A DNA stretch of 64,000 nt from Eledone cirrhosa (lineage: Eukaryota). A program made the position numbers and the translations under genes. The stretch is taken from contig OZ024741.1 in the NCBI GenBank assembly GCA_964016885.1, forward strand, positions 127,782,001-127,846,000, read 5' to 3'. The notes beneath the pieces were generated by a model. The model made no database searches, had not been told where the DNA came from, and saw only the letters and a program-made list of their open reading frames with translations. Numbering within the stretch: position 1 is the first letter of the stretch; each line of letters starts with the position of its first letter. Positions 14,872-28,486 of this stretch are shown piece after piece.

Positions 14872-15196
14872 GTTGGTGCTGAAAAGTTAAAAGAAGAGGA
14901 AAAGAAATCACTCACCTCTTCGTCTCCTGGGGACCAGGCTGCACAATTTCCATGGGGTGTTGGAGGGGTTGTTTAGTGGGGTGGTGGTTTCTGGCGGGGT
15001 GGGGACGGAGATGTTTGGTGGGGAGGGGGTGTCTGGTGGGATGGGGGTGTCTGGGGTGGGGTGTCTGGGGGGATGGGGTGTCTGGGGTGGGGGTGTCTGA
15101 GATAGATGGATAGATAGTTAGATATATAGATAAATAGTTAGATAGATAGATAAATAGATAGATAGATATGTTTCTTTTAGATAGATAGATAGATAG

Positions 15197-15241
15197 ATTT
15201 CTTTATTAGCCACAAGGGCGCAACAAGAAAGGGGACAATAC

Positions 15242-15243
<2 letters not shown>
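15197..15243 (-). mobile_element. ~45-bp 3'-terminal stub of the same Tx1 family inside (GATA)n
   Basis: tttctttattagccacaagggcgcaacaagaaaggggacaaatacaa-like sequence matches 11878-11922. Confidence 0.8.
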
Positions 15244-15293
<50 letters not shown>

Positions 15294-15764
15294 AAGATAC
15301 AGAGAGAATGAGAGATAGGTGTACAGAGAAAAGGGAGAATAAGAGATGACTAGAAAAGAGAAGAAATGTAGGCTCAAACAAGAGCAAGATCATCTTTCAC
15401 AAAGCGAGAAAAAAAGCCCAGCATTCTATGCCCTTCCTCTCATTAAATAAATAAAAAAATAAAAAATAAACAAACAAACAAATAAATAAATAATAAATAA
15501 ATAAATAAATAAATAAATAAACGCCGTATAGATTTCACTAAAATTCGAAATTCATAGTGACAATCTTAAAGCGAACCGGTTGTCGTGTCTGTCATTTTGG
15601 GGAACGTGAGAAGGAAAATTAAGACTTTAGTGGCGATTGTAAAAAACACAAACAAAACAAACAAAAAAACACAATACAAAAACAACAACATACATAGTCA
15701 CACAAAATGTATGTATGAACGTACGTATGCATGTATGTATGTATATTCATAATTATATATATAT

Positions 15765-15860
<96 letters not shown>

Positions 15861-16043
15861 CCACACACACACACACACATATACATATAAACGAACCTAA
15901 CTTCACATCAACATCTGTATGTGTATATATATGTATATATGTATATATATATGTATATATATATATATGTATATATATATGTATATATGTATATATGTAT
16001 TAAAGTATATATTATATTTGTGTACACATACATACACACACAT

Positions 16044-16103
<60 letters not shown>

Positions 16104-16258
16104 TTGTTGACAAGTATATCAATGTGCCCAGACACGCAGATATATTGCACTTGGTATGACAGTGTGGTTTTAGCTCAATGTAGGGTAACTAGTATACTAC
16201 AGAGCCGTTATAAGTTTAGGAATAACCAAAGAGTGCTTAGAAATACATTGTTTTATAA

Positions 16259-16303
16259 GCTAACAGTGTTTCATCCATACCATATGGCAGGAATCATCAG
16301 AGC
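16259..16303 (-). ncRNA. Type I hammerhead-like motif (same family as 19894-19938)
   Basis: Reverse complement: gct-CTGATGA-ttcctgccatatggtatggat-GAAA-cactg-TT-agc. Confidence 0.65.
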
Positions 16304-18073
16304 ATATAAACAAGAGTATATCAATAGTTGCATGCTCCATCAAGCTGCGTCACCAGAACAAGGTTAAAGGACCAGCAGGGGGTCCTGAGGCCAGCGCTAT
16401 ATAGAAAAAGACACAATACATGACGTACATAATGTCATAAAATGTCATTAAAAAATACATAAAAAATGTATCACATAAATGGTGCAATAGATGATAAGGA
16501 GGTTGGGAGAGGGTAGCAAGATGAGTGAAGGTGTTACTCAGCATGATCAAAAACAATAAAAAACAATAAAAAAAACAAAGAAACAAAAAACAAAAAAAAA
16601 ACAACAACAAAACAAAGCAAAGCATAGATACATCAAAGCACAAGCAGTGCAAATACAGGATGTACAGGCAGCTTAATAGAGCTTGCAAGCATAAGTCTGT
16701 GAGAAGAATAGTTGGTTAGCGGTGGTGCAGCTTTACATGTATGATTGTCTATAGGAAGGATGGTGTACTCCAGTTATATCGCCTAGTAACAGGTTGATTC
16801 TCCGTATCATATCAGCACCCTACGAACAACATCCATTGGTTTGGTTCCAGTTCCGAGCGTTAGGCGAAATAACACTATGTTTCCCAAAAATATACCCAGG
16901 GGATTTATCCGGATATGCAGTCAGCGATAGACACCTAAAATCTAAAATAAAATAAAGTACGATGAGTTGAAGAAAGGTAGGGTACATGTACAGCCGGCAC
17001 ACCAGTGAGAACATTGAAAATACGACAGGTCCGCAATAACTGCCATCTCCCAAAGTCCTCATGTTCGGTCACTCAACCCAACGTCCCAAGTGAAATTCAC
17101 TGTATGGCCGAGTCGGCATCGAACCAAAGTGTCATACCGTATACAATTATACCACAGTAAATGTAAATCGTGATGGCTCTTCCGTCACATAGACAGAAAG
17201 CGTATATAGAAAACTTCGCTTTCTGAATTACCTATGGCAGAGTGAAGGAAAAGGATATGGTTACAATAATAAGTGGGTTTATTAGAGTGAGTGGAAATTT
17301 CTGTAGAAAATATAGAAAACTCATGGCTAAAACTGTCAATGACAACTATGTTATTTACAAGTCCGCCATGTGGTTTTCGTGTAGATTACTGAATCCGGAG
17401 GTTGTAATCCATTCACAGTCGGGTGTGACCCCTCCTGGGTCGACCGGAAGTCAATATCTACTGTCGCACACTGCCTTGAGTGTGGTTCTATAATTCATCA
17501 TATTTGCAGCACAATTCATATACAACAATTTCAAAATTTCAAAGGTTAGTCTCTCGCTAGTAACACACAACGGTTGTCAGAATATAAACTCAGGAAGTCG
17601 TAGAGTGCTTATGAAAAGTATGGGAGGCAATTCGCGTCATAAAGGGCGAATTCATTAGATATCCACGGGACACTTGAGGCAAGTCATTTGTTCGATTCGA
17701 ACCCCTCAGCGACCAACTACCCTTTTCCCCTGGGGCTTGATCGATTCTACGGCACCTAGCCCACACGATATGCTCCCATAGTTCACTATACTATGTAAGA
17801 TCTATATCACACCCTAGGGTCAAGGCTATCTGGACACCGGATGCCCAAGCCACCCGCTTTATAGCTGCGGCGGAGTTTGTTGGGCTTTCGACAGACTATT
17901 AGGCTGTGCTATCAGTTAGCGCACAATGGGTGTTTATAAACCATATCCTTATGGTTAGTATGGGTAGGTGCCTGTATAGGGTCAAACTGTGCTAGGTATA
18001 GTGAAAAGCCTTAAGTAGGTTGTACCCTATGGGTTATTGGCTTGTGGTAATAAGATGAATTATGGAAGAGAAC

Positions 18074-18148
<75 letters not shown>

Positions 18149-18152
18149 ATTT

Positions 18153-18545
18153 AACGAAGGAATTGTGGTAAGGAACCAGATGGACCATAACGCACCAGAG
18201 TACTCAATACTTAGGGTAGTAGAGTGGGTAATAGGAAAAAGTATGACCCCGACGGCAGAGCTCAAGCCGTTTCGACGGCTATTTCTGGACCGAGTCCAGA
18301 AATAGCCGTCGAAACGGCATGAGCTCTGCCGTCGGGGTCATACCTTTTCCTATATATATATTTATATATATATATATATATATATATCAGAATGAAGGCG
18401 GTAAAAACCAGATAGAACATTACTCACCAGAGTACTCGATACTTGGGGTAGTAGAGTGGGTAATATGAAACATTCCGGACTAGATCCGAACTGTTTGAAT
18501 CTAGCTGTTGAAACGGCCGGAGCTCAACCATCGGGATCCTGAATT
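18153..18545. mobile_element. Two fragments of a (TA)n-embedded dispersed repeat, including the palindrome 18232-18352
   Basis: taggaaaaagtatgaccccgacggcagagctc...gtcgaaacggcatgagctctgccgtcggggtcataccttttccta; related copies at 23620-23790 and 59070-59118. Confidence 0.75.
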
Positions 18546-18975
18546 TTACACCCTCCTCCACACATACATATGTATATATATATATCAAATTACAAATAAT
18601 ATACCTATTTCTTCTTCAAAGTTCCGACTGCAGTTTCGGTGATCCATATGCAACAATTGCGCATTATAGAAATGCACTATTGTTGTGAGGCAAAACAGCT
18701 TTTCAAGAGATACCTCAGAAAAAAGGACGGGTTTGTAGCAAGTGAGAACATTTCTATAGGCGGAGGGAGGAATTAACACGTGATACATCGGTCAAGAAAA
18801 GGGATTGTTTCCTTTATAGCAAGTGAAAATATCTCAAGAGGCGGAGGGAGAAATTGATCATGATACAGAGGTCACAGACGAGTAGTAAGGTGGACAGAAA
18901 GTGAATATCGTATTTGCTGTTAGATCTCACACACACACATGTATATTTTATACATATACATACATATATGCATAT

Positions 18976-19007
<32 letters not shown>

Positions 19008-19106
19008 TTACGTAGACACCGGAGCGTATGTGCATATACGCATCTGCACCGTGTCGTATTTGTGACAGTATTATATTAGCTCAACGTACAAGAACAGAAC
19101 CGTTAT

Positions 19107-19986
19107 ATGTAAAAGAAATCAAAGAACGCCTACATACTCATACACTTTTTATTCGCTGACAATGTTTCATCCATACCGTGGGGCAGGAATCATCAGAGCT
19201 TTATAAACAAAAATATATTGCTGAGTATAAGCTCTACCAAGCTTAGTTACACGAACATTAGATATATAGTACAGGATAATAAGAGGGAGATCGGAAATGG
19301 AAAGGATGGAGAGAATGCGTAATGGGGTTGTTATTCAACATTACAGCTACATATGAGGATAGAGGCAGATTTTCCCACAAGAGACGGAGGCACGTGAGGG
19401 CACACAGAAACAAATAAAACATTTAACAATAGTTAAAAAATATAATAATAATAAAGTAAAAGAAAAATAATAATATAAAAAGATAAATAAATAATTAAAA
19501 AATTAAAGCACACAAAAGCAACAGAGGAAGTTATGCATTAGTCACCATCTAGAACAGGTGATTTAGTTTCCCATGACTTAGAGTTATAGAAATACTACGA
19601 GACCCCAAAAGTACCTTCAGAATTATTTTTCTTTTACTTTATTATTATTATATTTTTTAACTATCTTTAAATGCTTTGTTTGTTTCTGTGTGCCCTCACG
19701 TGCCTCCGCCTCTTGTGACAAAATCTGCCTCTATCCTCATATGTAGCTGTAATGTTGAATAACAACCCCATTACGCATTCTCTCCATCCTTTCCATTTCC
19801 AATCTCCCTTTTATTATCCTGTACTGTATATCTAATGTTCATGTGACTAAGCTTGGTAGAGCTTATACTCAGCAATATATTTTTGTTTATAAAGCTCTGA
19901 TGATTCCTGCCCCACGGTATGGATGAAACATTGTCAGCGAATAAAAATTGTATGAGTATGTAGGCGTTCTTTGATTTCTTTTACAT
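19107..19986. repeat. Long inverted repeat (~365-bp arms, ~150-bp spacer) with a type I hammerhead and AATAAA in each arm
   Basis: 19107-19472 is the reverse complement of 19622-19986. Right arm reads gct-CTGATGA-ttcc..ggat-GAAA-cattg-TC-agc-gAATAAA. Confidence 0.9.
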
Positions 19987-19990
19987 GTAT

Positions 19991-20014
19991 AAGGCCGTAG
20001 ATCTAACACACACA

Positions 20015-20052
<38 letters not shown>

Positions 20053-20076
20053 TGTGTGTGTTAGATCTACGGCCTT
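19991..20076. repeat. Palindrome centred on (TA)n at the 5' truncation point of a Penelope-like element
   Basis: aaggccgtagatctaacacacacatgca(TA)n tgcatgtgtgtgttagatctacggcctt. Confidence 0.92.
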
Positions 20077-20920
20077 GGCGAAAGAAATCTGGGATCTGAA
20101 GCGCGCTAATATTGAATACATACTACAACTGTCCGTGCTAAAATTCGCGCGTCCATACCGGAATGAAAGGCGCCCCTGTGAATTATGTTTGGCGGAGGTA
20201 ATTGAAATAGCGATCGGAAAGGACCTTCTAAATTCCCGGCACGATAGGATATTTAATTGCAAACACAAGGTTCTAAACACCTTTGCTAAATACAAACTGA
20301 ACTAGAACAGGATTCGATCCCTAATACCTAGGTTTTACTACATCCTATTTAGTATATTTTCTGTGGCATTTGAACTGTTCACACCTGCCCAAAGAATTCA
20401 GTAATATTCAAAACAATCTCATTTTCTTAATTACTTTCCTCCCTACACACTCTACCCTACTCTTAATTTCTACCCACTCCTTTTCTGTCCTCTTTATACC
20501 TTCTCTACCCTCTTGACCATATATGGTAAATATCAAAACCTTCACCCATACCAATTGTCAAAAAATAATTGTTCCACAGCACACAGATTGATAATGTGAA
20601 ACTCTTTACCTCCACTCCCTCTCTCCCCAACTATCACACTAACTGACTCTATTTCATTCCATCATTTTTAACTTATTTACATTTTCTTAAACGATTTTCT
20701 TAAATCCCATTGCTGAATTCTACCGCATAGTGAATAGTTGACTTCCACTATTATAGGCTTTCTGATGAAGTGTAATAAATAATTAAGTATTGCATATGAT
20801 TGAACAACGTAGAACACGGTAGCTTACCGTTTAACAGTTCTATTGCATCTTGACATTACGGAAACCATAGTTAAAAGAATTCTACTTCATATTTCGTTAA
20901 CCTCCATTCAGCATATATTT
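20064..20920 (+). mobile_element. Penelope-like element 3' fragment: GIY-YIG C-terminus (to 20305) plus 3' UTR with a hammerhead-like motif (~20758-20878)
   Basis: STALAKEIWDLK...ARPY....CELCLAE...LLNSR....CKH matches the PLE endonuclease C-terminal pattern. The UTR has CTGATGA...GAAAccatagtta. Confidence 0.8.
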
Positions 20921-21209
20921 AGTTAAATGTGTGTATGGACCCGTGACTAATGATGAAGTCGTAGGGGGACTGAAGTGACATACGGCATGTCATGGACATT
21001 TTAAAACCAGGCGGAGCCCATTCATTTCCAGGTTGGAATCGGAACACGATTTCTTCCAGAGAAGGAAAGAGGGAAAGAGAGAGAGAGAGGAAGAGAGGAA
21101 GTGAGAGAGAGAGAGAGAGGAGAGAGAGAAAGAGAAAAAGAGAGAGAGGCAGAGAGAAGGTGAGAAAAAGAATATACATATATATGTGAGTATATATATA
21201 TATATACAA

Positions 21210-21346
21210 ATATAAATTAGCGAGAATCGTATTTCAGCACAGGAATTAACGAAAATCAACATCCGATATGTGTGGCAAGCGCTCGATAATTCATGTGAAT
21301 CAGAGCTACAACATACGTTAAGGGCCAAACACACTGAGATGATGGT

Positions 21347-21348
<2 letters not shown>
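21210..21348. repeat. Dispersed repeat, reverse-complement match to 33178-33322
   Basis: ggccaaacacactgagatgatggtta versus taaccatcgcctcagtgtgtttggcc. Confidence 0.75.
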
Positions 21349-21385
<37 letters not shown>

Positions 21386-21439
21386 GGAGAAAGGGAGAAC
21401 GAGAGAGAGAAAAATGAAGTGAGAAAGAGATATAGAGGA

Positions 21440-21560
21440 AGAATCAACTACAGTATTGGACTGGTACTTTTTTATTGACCTTAAAGGGAGGGAAGGTAAA
21501 GTTGACCTCGGCGGGAATTGAACGTAAAGAGCCGGAACTATGCAGCTCTTCTCGGTACCG
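21440..21560 (-). mobile_element. Diverged tRNA-derived SINE fragment
   Basis: actggtacttt...gttgacctcggcgggaattgaac. Confidence 0.7.
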
Positions 21561-21704
21561 TTTGCAATAAAGCATTTCTAACGAATAAATAAACTCTTCG
21601 ACATGTATCAAGTATCTTTCTCTCTCTCTCTCCCTCTCTCTCTATATATCTATATCTATATCTATATATATATCTCTCTCTCTCTATATGTGTGTGTGTG
21701 TGTG

Positions 21705-21868
<164 letters not shown>

Positions 21869-22472
21869 TGTACTGCTTACATGACAGACCAGAAGTCAGA
21901 AGAGGAAAAACCATATTAAAATTGTCATGCAAAACTTCATTTTTTTATGGTTTTACAGTAGATAAATGTGGACGGGTTGAAGCGTCTGTCTATGCGTAAA
22001 TTGTGGGTCTTTCTTTCTCCGTTTGTCTTTTCCTCATTCCCTACTCTCCTCCTCTCTCTCTCTCCTGCACCTGGGTATGCAGTATGCAAAAATCCACCTT
22101 CTTGTAACCATAGAAACCTGACACCTATTTCACTATCTTGTGTGTATAATTACATGCATACAAACCTACTTATATGCATACACAAACACACACTTAAATA
22201 CCTTCCTACATACATATTTAGCTACCAACCTACTTACCTACCCCACATGTACGTATGTATGTATGTATGTATGTATGTATGTATGTATGTATGTATGTAT
22301 GTATGTATGTATGTATGTATGTATGCATGTATATATGTAGGCTTAGAAGCTTTCACTCTCACACACACATGTACACACAAATATATAATGTGTGAATTTA
22401 GTGTGTGTGTATGTTGGGCAGTGATGAAACGGCAATTTTCTTGTGGCTACATAATGAAATCAGACGCCGAAT

Positions 22473-22570
<98 letters not shown>

Positions 22571-22748
22571 AATGGGAGAGAGCAGAGGGAAAAAGGGAAA
22601 AGAGAAATGGTAAAATGACATTATGGCATTTAAAGGAACGTTGAGCCAACGAATAAGTGAACACACATACTCATAGATGAATATCTTTCATCTCAGGCAC
22701 ACATACGTATATGTATATAGCACACGCAAGCACACACGCACGCACACG

Positions 22749-22881
<133 letters not shown>

Positions 22882-22884
22882 GTC

Positions 22885-23230
22885 TTCTTCACCCACTTAT
22901 TCCTCAAACACTCCTTCCAGCGGGTTCTGTCAGAAGTACCCGCCACCTACAGATCCGACTGGGTCCTCAAGTGTAACCAGCCAAGCTCATGGATGTTATC
23001 CAACCATCTTGCTCCGGGTCTACCCCTGGGTCTCCTGCTGGCTGGTTTTGTCCGTAAAATCCGTCCAGCGATTCCTTCCCAAGACATCTTAACCACATGC
23101 TCATAGAATCGGAGCTGTGATCTCTCAATTCGGAGAAGTAGCGGCTCTACATGGAGCGACTCTGATTTCCGAGCCCCACACTCTATCGAGTAACGTTACT
23201 CCAAAGACCCTTCAGAGGAACCCCTTTTCG
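22885..23230 (-). mobile_element. RTE-like LINE 3' fragment
   Basis: Minus-strand translation RRPRGRPGARWLDNIHELG...DRTRWK fits the RTE C-terminal RGRP.RW.D / DR..W pattern. Confidence 0.75.
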
Positions 23231-23670
23231 CATATATATATATATATATATATATATAAACAATGAGTTAAAGACTTCGTTGATATGTAATTAACTGACT
23301 TATGTTTATAACAGATACGAACCACTCAACAGTTAATACTTATGATAATAATAGTAATTTTTATCTTTCCCTCTAATATTACATCCTAGGAAATTTTGAG
23401 ATTTTTAAATCATATACCTGCTTGTCACTGATCTGTAAAGATAATTCTTGCGAGTATATCATGAAACAATTTATACATCTCATATGTATTTTATCCGAAG
23501 AAGGCATGCTCAGATTTATGTTAAGCACACATTTTTGCATCCCCGAAATATATATAATGAAATAAATAGTGATGTTATAAAGTTATATCTTTCGTTTATT
23601 ACTATATATATATATATAGTTCGGATCTAGCTGTCGAAACGGCCGGTGCTCAGCCGACGGGGTCCTGACT

Positions 23671-23704
<34 letters not shown>

Positions 23705-23791
23705 CGAAGGAAATGTGGTAAGGAACCAGGTGGACCATAACGCACCAAAGTACTCAATACTTAGGGTAGTAGAGTGGGTAATAGGAACGTT

Positions 23792-23888
<97 letters not shown>

Positions 23889-24099
23889 TATATCCAGGTA
23901 TTCGCTATTCGAGTCCTGTACGTCGTCTACGCATTCTGTACAAAGCCTTTTCAACATCAAATTAATAGTTACCACTCTGAGACAACGAATTCATTTCGTT
24001 TACCCTCGACTGTTAACTGGGCCATTGCTGATGTATCGGCATGAGTTGCTATACTTTAGGAGAGTCATGCTGACAATAAAAACACGTGCATCAAGGACG

Positions 24100-24480
24100 T
24101 GGATTGGCAGTATCGGTTGAAGCGTCGGACAACATGCTTTGCGGTATATAGTTATGCATGTTTACGTTCCGAGTTCAAATCCCGCCGAGGTTAGCTTTGC
24201 CTTTCATCCTTACGGGGTCGATAAAATAAAGTACCAGTAATGCACCTGGGGCCGATTTAATCGACTTTCCCCCAAAATTGTTGGCCTTCTACCTGAATCA
24301 GAAATCATTATTGGCAGTATCGGTAGAGGGTCAGACGCTAGGCTTTGACGCATAGAGTTACGGCCCTTGCCATTCTGAGTTCGAATCCCGCCGAGGTTAA
24401 CTTTGCCTTTCATCCTTACGGGATCGATAAAATAAAGTACCAGTAATGCACTGGGTAATTGCTGGCCTTGCGCCAAAAAG
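24100..24480 (+). mobile_element. Head-to-tail dimer of tRNA-derived SINE
   Basis: A-box-like TGGCAGTATCGG, B-box GTTC(A/G)AATCC and core gcctttcatccttacggggtcgataaaataaagtaccagt each occur twice. Confidence 0.9.
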
Positions 24481-25854
24481 TAGTAGAAACAATTATTGTT
24501 ATATTTATTGTCACCCCCCCCCCTCTCCCCTGTGTTCGTACGCAGGCGTATATTACCTCAACAAATCTCCGTGTAGAATCCCACATCTACGTATACGGTG
24601 TATTTGTGTATGCTTGTCATCTCCCTCTAGCCTTGTTGAACCCTTACCAATAATATGCATGTCTATACTCCCATTCACATCCATGCACTGGAGTAACGTT
24701 ACTCGATAGAGTGCGTACCTCGGCTGTCTATGCATTCATACGGCCACATTCCTATGAGTCGAAGTTCTTTTGTCATCAATTACTAGTTGGTGGGGCTGTT
24801 GCTATTCTATTAAAGGTATACTTTTCTTTATGTTATATGGGTGATTTCTTTCGTCTGTCTTTTGCTTACACAACCCCAATGTGTGGAAAGGATCTTCACT
24901 TTGATGTTTTCTAGTGAGCCTCTATGCTTTAGTTTGGCATGTTGGTAGAGCACTGACGTATTTTTGAATCCTCACCATACTTGCGGGTCTTTTCTTCTAT
25001 GTACGCTGGTGGTGTTTCTACACTGTCCCTTTGTATATCTTATACAGCACACTACTTTTCTAGTTCTGCATTGTGTATTTCTTTCTTTTGTAGACGCATT
25101 CCACTTCTCGTGATCTAACGCAGACTATCAAGTAGCCATGCTGTAAAACATACGAGGCTCTGATGAAAGGTTTTCAGCTGTGGTACATTTCAAATACCAT
25201 TTAAGGCATGGTTATCACCAATAACTAAGGGTAACCTAAACAAATGTTTGATATCGTTAGAAACTAACCAAGTACTCTCTCTCTCACACACACATACACA
25301 CACATACACACACACGCACACACGCACACACACATACACATATATATATACCACACACACACTCTCTCACACACACATATGCACACGTACACATGCGTAC
25401 ACACACACACACACACACACACGCACTGAGTAATACCTCGGTTAGCGCTGTAGTTAAGTTCCTAAATAACCAGCCCTTATCTAAGCAGCGCTGTAGCATA
25501 AACAGAGCTGCCAGCTTGATGGGCTATTTTGATAGTGTTGCGGACACAAGAACAATAAGAGAAATTGAACAAACGTAAGAAAACACAGAAAGTAGCTGAA
25601 TAACTCAACCTGATGTCGCCTACCAAGAAATTAATAATTTTTGATAATCTGCGATAGCAGACAGTGATTTATAGTTATGATAAAAATAGGGAACCAGTTT
25701 AATTAATTATAATCTAATGTTATAATGAAATTACCCAGCAGGTTAAATTAAACAGCTTTTATCACAAGAACACAGGCTCGCCATTAATTCAGATAAAAAG
25801 CAACAGTGAGAAAAACCAGAGTAGAGATTGTATCTGATAAGAAGTTCCAGGCTG

Positions 25855-26145
25855 TGTTTCCTCTTGACACATTGGTTACTTTTCGATGGATGCATCTAAT
25901 GTCGTGTGTATAGTCTTGTGTCATGTCTCATGGAGTAATCTTGGTAGCCTTTTGATGGATGAATCTAATGCCGTGTGTGTAGTCTTGTCTTCTCTCTTGC
26001 GAAGTAATCTTGGCTGCTCTTCGATGGATACATCTAATGTCTCGTGTGTGTAGTCTTGTCTTCTCTCATGGAGTAATCTTGGTTGCTTTTCGATGGATGA
26101 ATCTACTGCCGTGTGTATAGTTTTGTGTCTTCTCTCTTGCGAAAA
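25855..26145. repeat. ~70-bp minisatellite, about 4 diverged copies
   Basis: Recurring tcgatggatg(a/c)atctaatg.cgtgtgt.tagtcttgt..tctctc.tg.agtaatcttgg. Confidence 0.85.
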
Positions 26146-26384
26146 TAATCTATAGTAGCAGGATATATTACCTTGCTGCTTCTCTCCTTTTAGGTGAATT
26201 TTCAGTAAACTTATCTATGATTTCCTTAATCTTGGTAAACACTGGTATCACTGGTTCAACAGTAACATTTTTTTAATCCGAATCGATTAGATCCCAGAAC
26301 TCACATGCTTACTGAGTGGGGAGGAACTTGTCAGATCGGACCAAAGAAACAATGTTTCTATGGGTCTTTCCAATTGCTGATACT

Positions 26385-26525
26385 ATCTAGTGATCGCAAC
26401 ACCTAGCAGATGGAGCAACATGAAATAAAGTGTCTTACTAAAGGACATAACACATCGCACGGCTCGGGAATCGAACTCACAACCTTATGATTGTGAATTC
26501 AACTTTCGAACCCTTAAGCCTTCAC
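26385..26525 (-). mobile_element. Second tRNA-derived SINE family fragment
   Basis: Reverse complement has ttgtgagttcgattcccg (B box) then gtgttatgtcctttagtaagacactttatttca. Confidence 0.7.
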
Positions 26526-26559
26526 ATAAAATATTCGAGCTAATTTTAGGTGTGTTTTT

Positions 26560-27600
26560 TTCAGCGATAACACCTGCAGCACTTCAACAGATAACAATTT
26601 TACAATGAGACTCTATCAACTCCTTCTAATCTCCCATATTGACATCTTGCATTCTTCCTTCATTGGCTCACTCAACAATGTCACTGGTAACTGCTGCTAC
26701 TATTTCTTTGTCACATTCCAGAAAGTTATTACAAATCCTCACTCGAGTTTCTTCCAATCTCCTCTCGTGTAGTTCTCAGTTACTTTATTCGGGGTTCCTT
26801 TGATATTATCTAGGGCCTTCCTGATATGGTAGTTTTACTAAAGATCCTTCATATTTTGTTCAGCTTGACGACTTTTTCTCCAAACGGTTGTTTGAAAGGG
26901 CGACAAAGGTAGTAGGTCTGATCATTAAAAATTACACACTGATTCATGGGTTGGAGTAAGAGGCGTGTTGATATTCTAGGTGTGACCTGGAGTGTTATCC
27001 ATCAGAGTATGAAAGAAAACTTCTGTGGGGAGATGTGAATAATTCTATTATCACTCAGACATTCTTGTTTGGTCTCAAAATTATAGGCAGATTGATTTAT
27101 GATATTTTCTTCTCGATGATCGTGATGTTATTGAATAATAAATGAACACTAGTGTCAGATTGAAAGCCCTTGAAACATCACCGCCAAGTAGAAGTGTAAG
27201 GAATCTGTTACAACCTTGAAGTAGGATGCATTTATTTTTTCTCCTCTGGAAATGAAAGTGAGGGATGGCATTCTTTTTCAGGAAAGACTTGTTTCATCGA
27301 CTTTGAATACAAGTTGGGGAGAACCCGTCAACAAAAGTTGGAACAATGAATTGATAGACATAACTGACCGTGGTCATTAGAGTAGAGCACTTTTGCGGCC
27401 CCATGCGTCTCAAGACACAAGAGCTTCTAAGTCTAAGTCTAAGGTAGTTATCACTCTCAATGGTACTCTTAAGAATCTGGGGAAATTTCATGACACCCAG
27501 AGTATCTGCACTCGCAGCTTCACTATATATAGTGTTGAATAAGTTTGAATGCCGTCGTTTGAATATTTAAAAACAGTTTCTATTTGCTATAAATGCTCCT
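26560..27600 (-). mobile_element. Possible highly decayed LINE ORF2 remnant
   Basis: Minus-strand RPTTFVALSNNRLEK resembles the RT YRPI.L...K.LEK motif; no intact ORF. Confidence 0.35.
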
Positions 27601-28207
27601 GAATTATCTCCTCCTTGTTGACTTCTTGGTTTTTACATTATAAGTGGTCTTACTTGCACGTTTCTTCGTTTATTCATATAGCAAGTAAACCTTCAACCGT
27701 CTCAAAAATGTTACATCATTAAACGAATCACTTTTTGCTCTTAATAAAGACGCTCATCATGACAAAAGCATATTTTTTCTCTCATTTTTATAATCATTGA
27801 TATAGACAAATACGACCTACCTCTATATGATTGACATTTGCTACCTTTCAATCGTCTCAACATTTTGTGTTTTTTTTTCGGCTCCTTATGTGAATTTTCA
27901 ACACTTGGAGTTGCAAGCCGTATTCTACATATGTTGGATAAACAATTATGTGAACAATTCAGGTATATACGGGAGTATAGATGAGTGTACATCGTAGTTG
28001 TTATTTTACATATTAGCATACAATTATTATAATATTATAGTGTTATACCAATTAAAATACTGAGTGGAGGAAAAGGTGCATTATAGCGAAGCAATGGGAA
28101 ACTGGGTGGTGCTAAGCAGGGTATTAATGGATATATACAAATATATTTAAATAAATATACATACATACATATCCTATATATAATAGAGAGAGAAAGGAGA
28201 GGGGGGG

Positions 28208-28249
<42 letters not shown>

Positions 28250-28362
28250 CATGCACATAAACACACACACACATATATATATATATATGCATGCAATAAA
28301 TTGACATTTTTACTCACATATGCACGTTCATACACAATTCAATATATGCACACATATACATA

Positions 28363-28486
<124 letters not shown>

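Larger units (their letters stand above)
11878..15098 (-). mobile_element. Tx1/L1-clade LINE, 5'-truncated in ORF1, ORF2 decayed, inserted in (GATA)n
   Basis: APE endonuclease 14368-14871 (VGCVNVRGL...LLVGDWNG). RT 13332-14198 (NFRPITLLNTE, LDQSKAFDRVDH). GGLGMP at ~12970. 3' UTR ends GTGGCTAATAAAGAAA then (TCTA)n. (GATA)n on both sides. Confidence 0.92.

Noticed and set aside
24100-24200. tRNA gene
   Set aside because: It has A/B boxes but no clear cloverleaf and continues into a multi-copy SINE body.
25150-25200. CTGATGA at ~25160 as a hammerhead
   Set aside because: No matching stem II, GAAA or stem I partner could be found.
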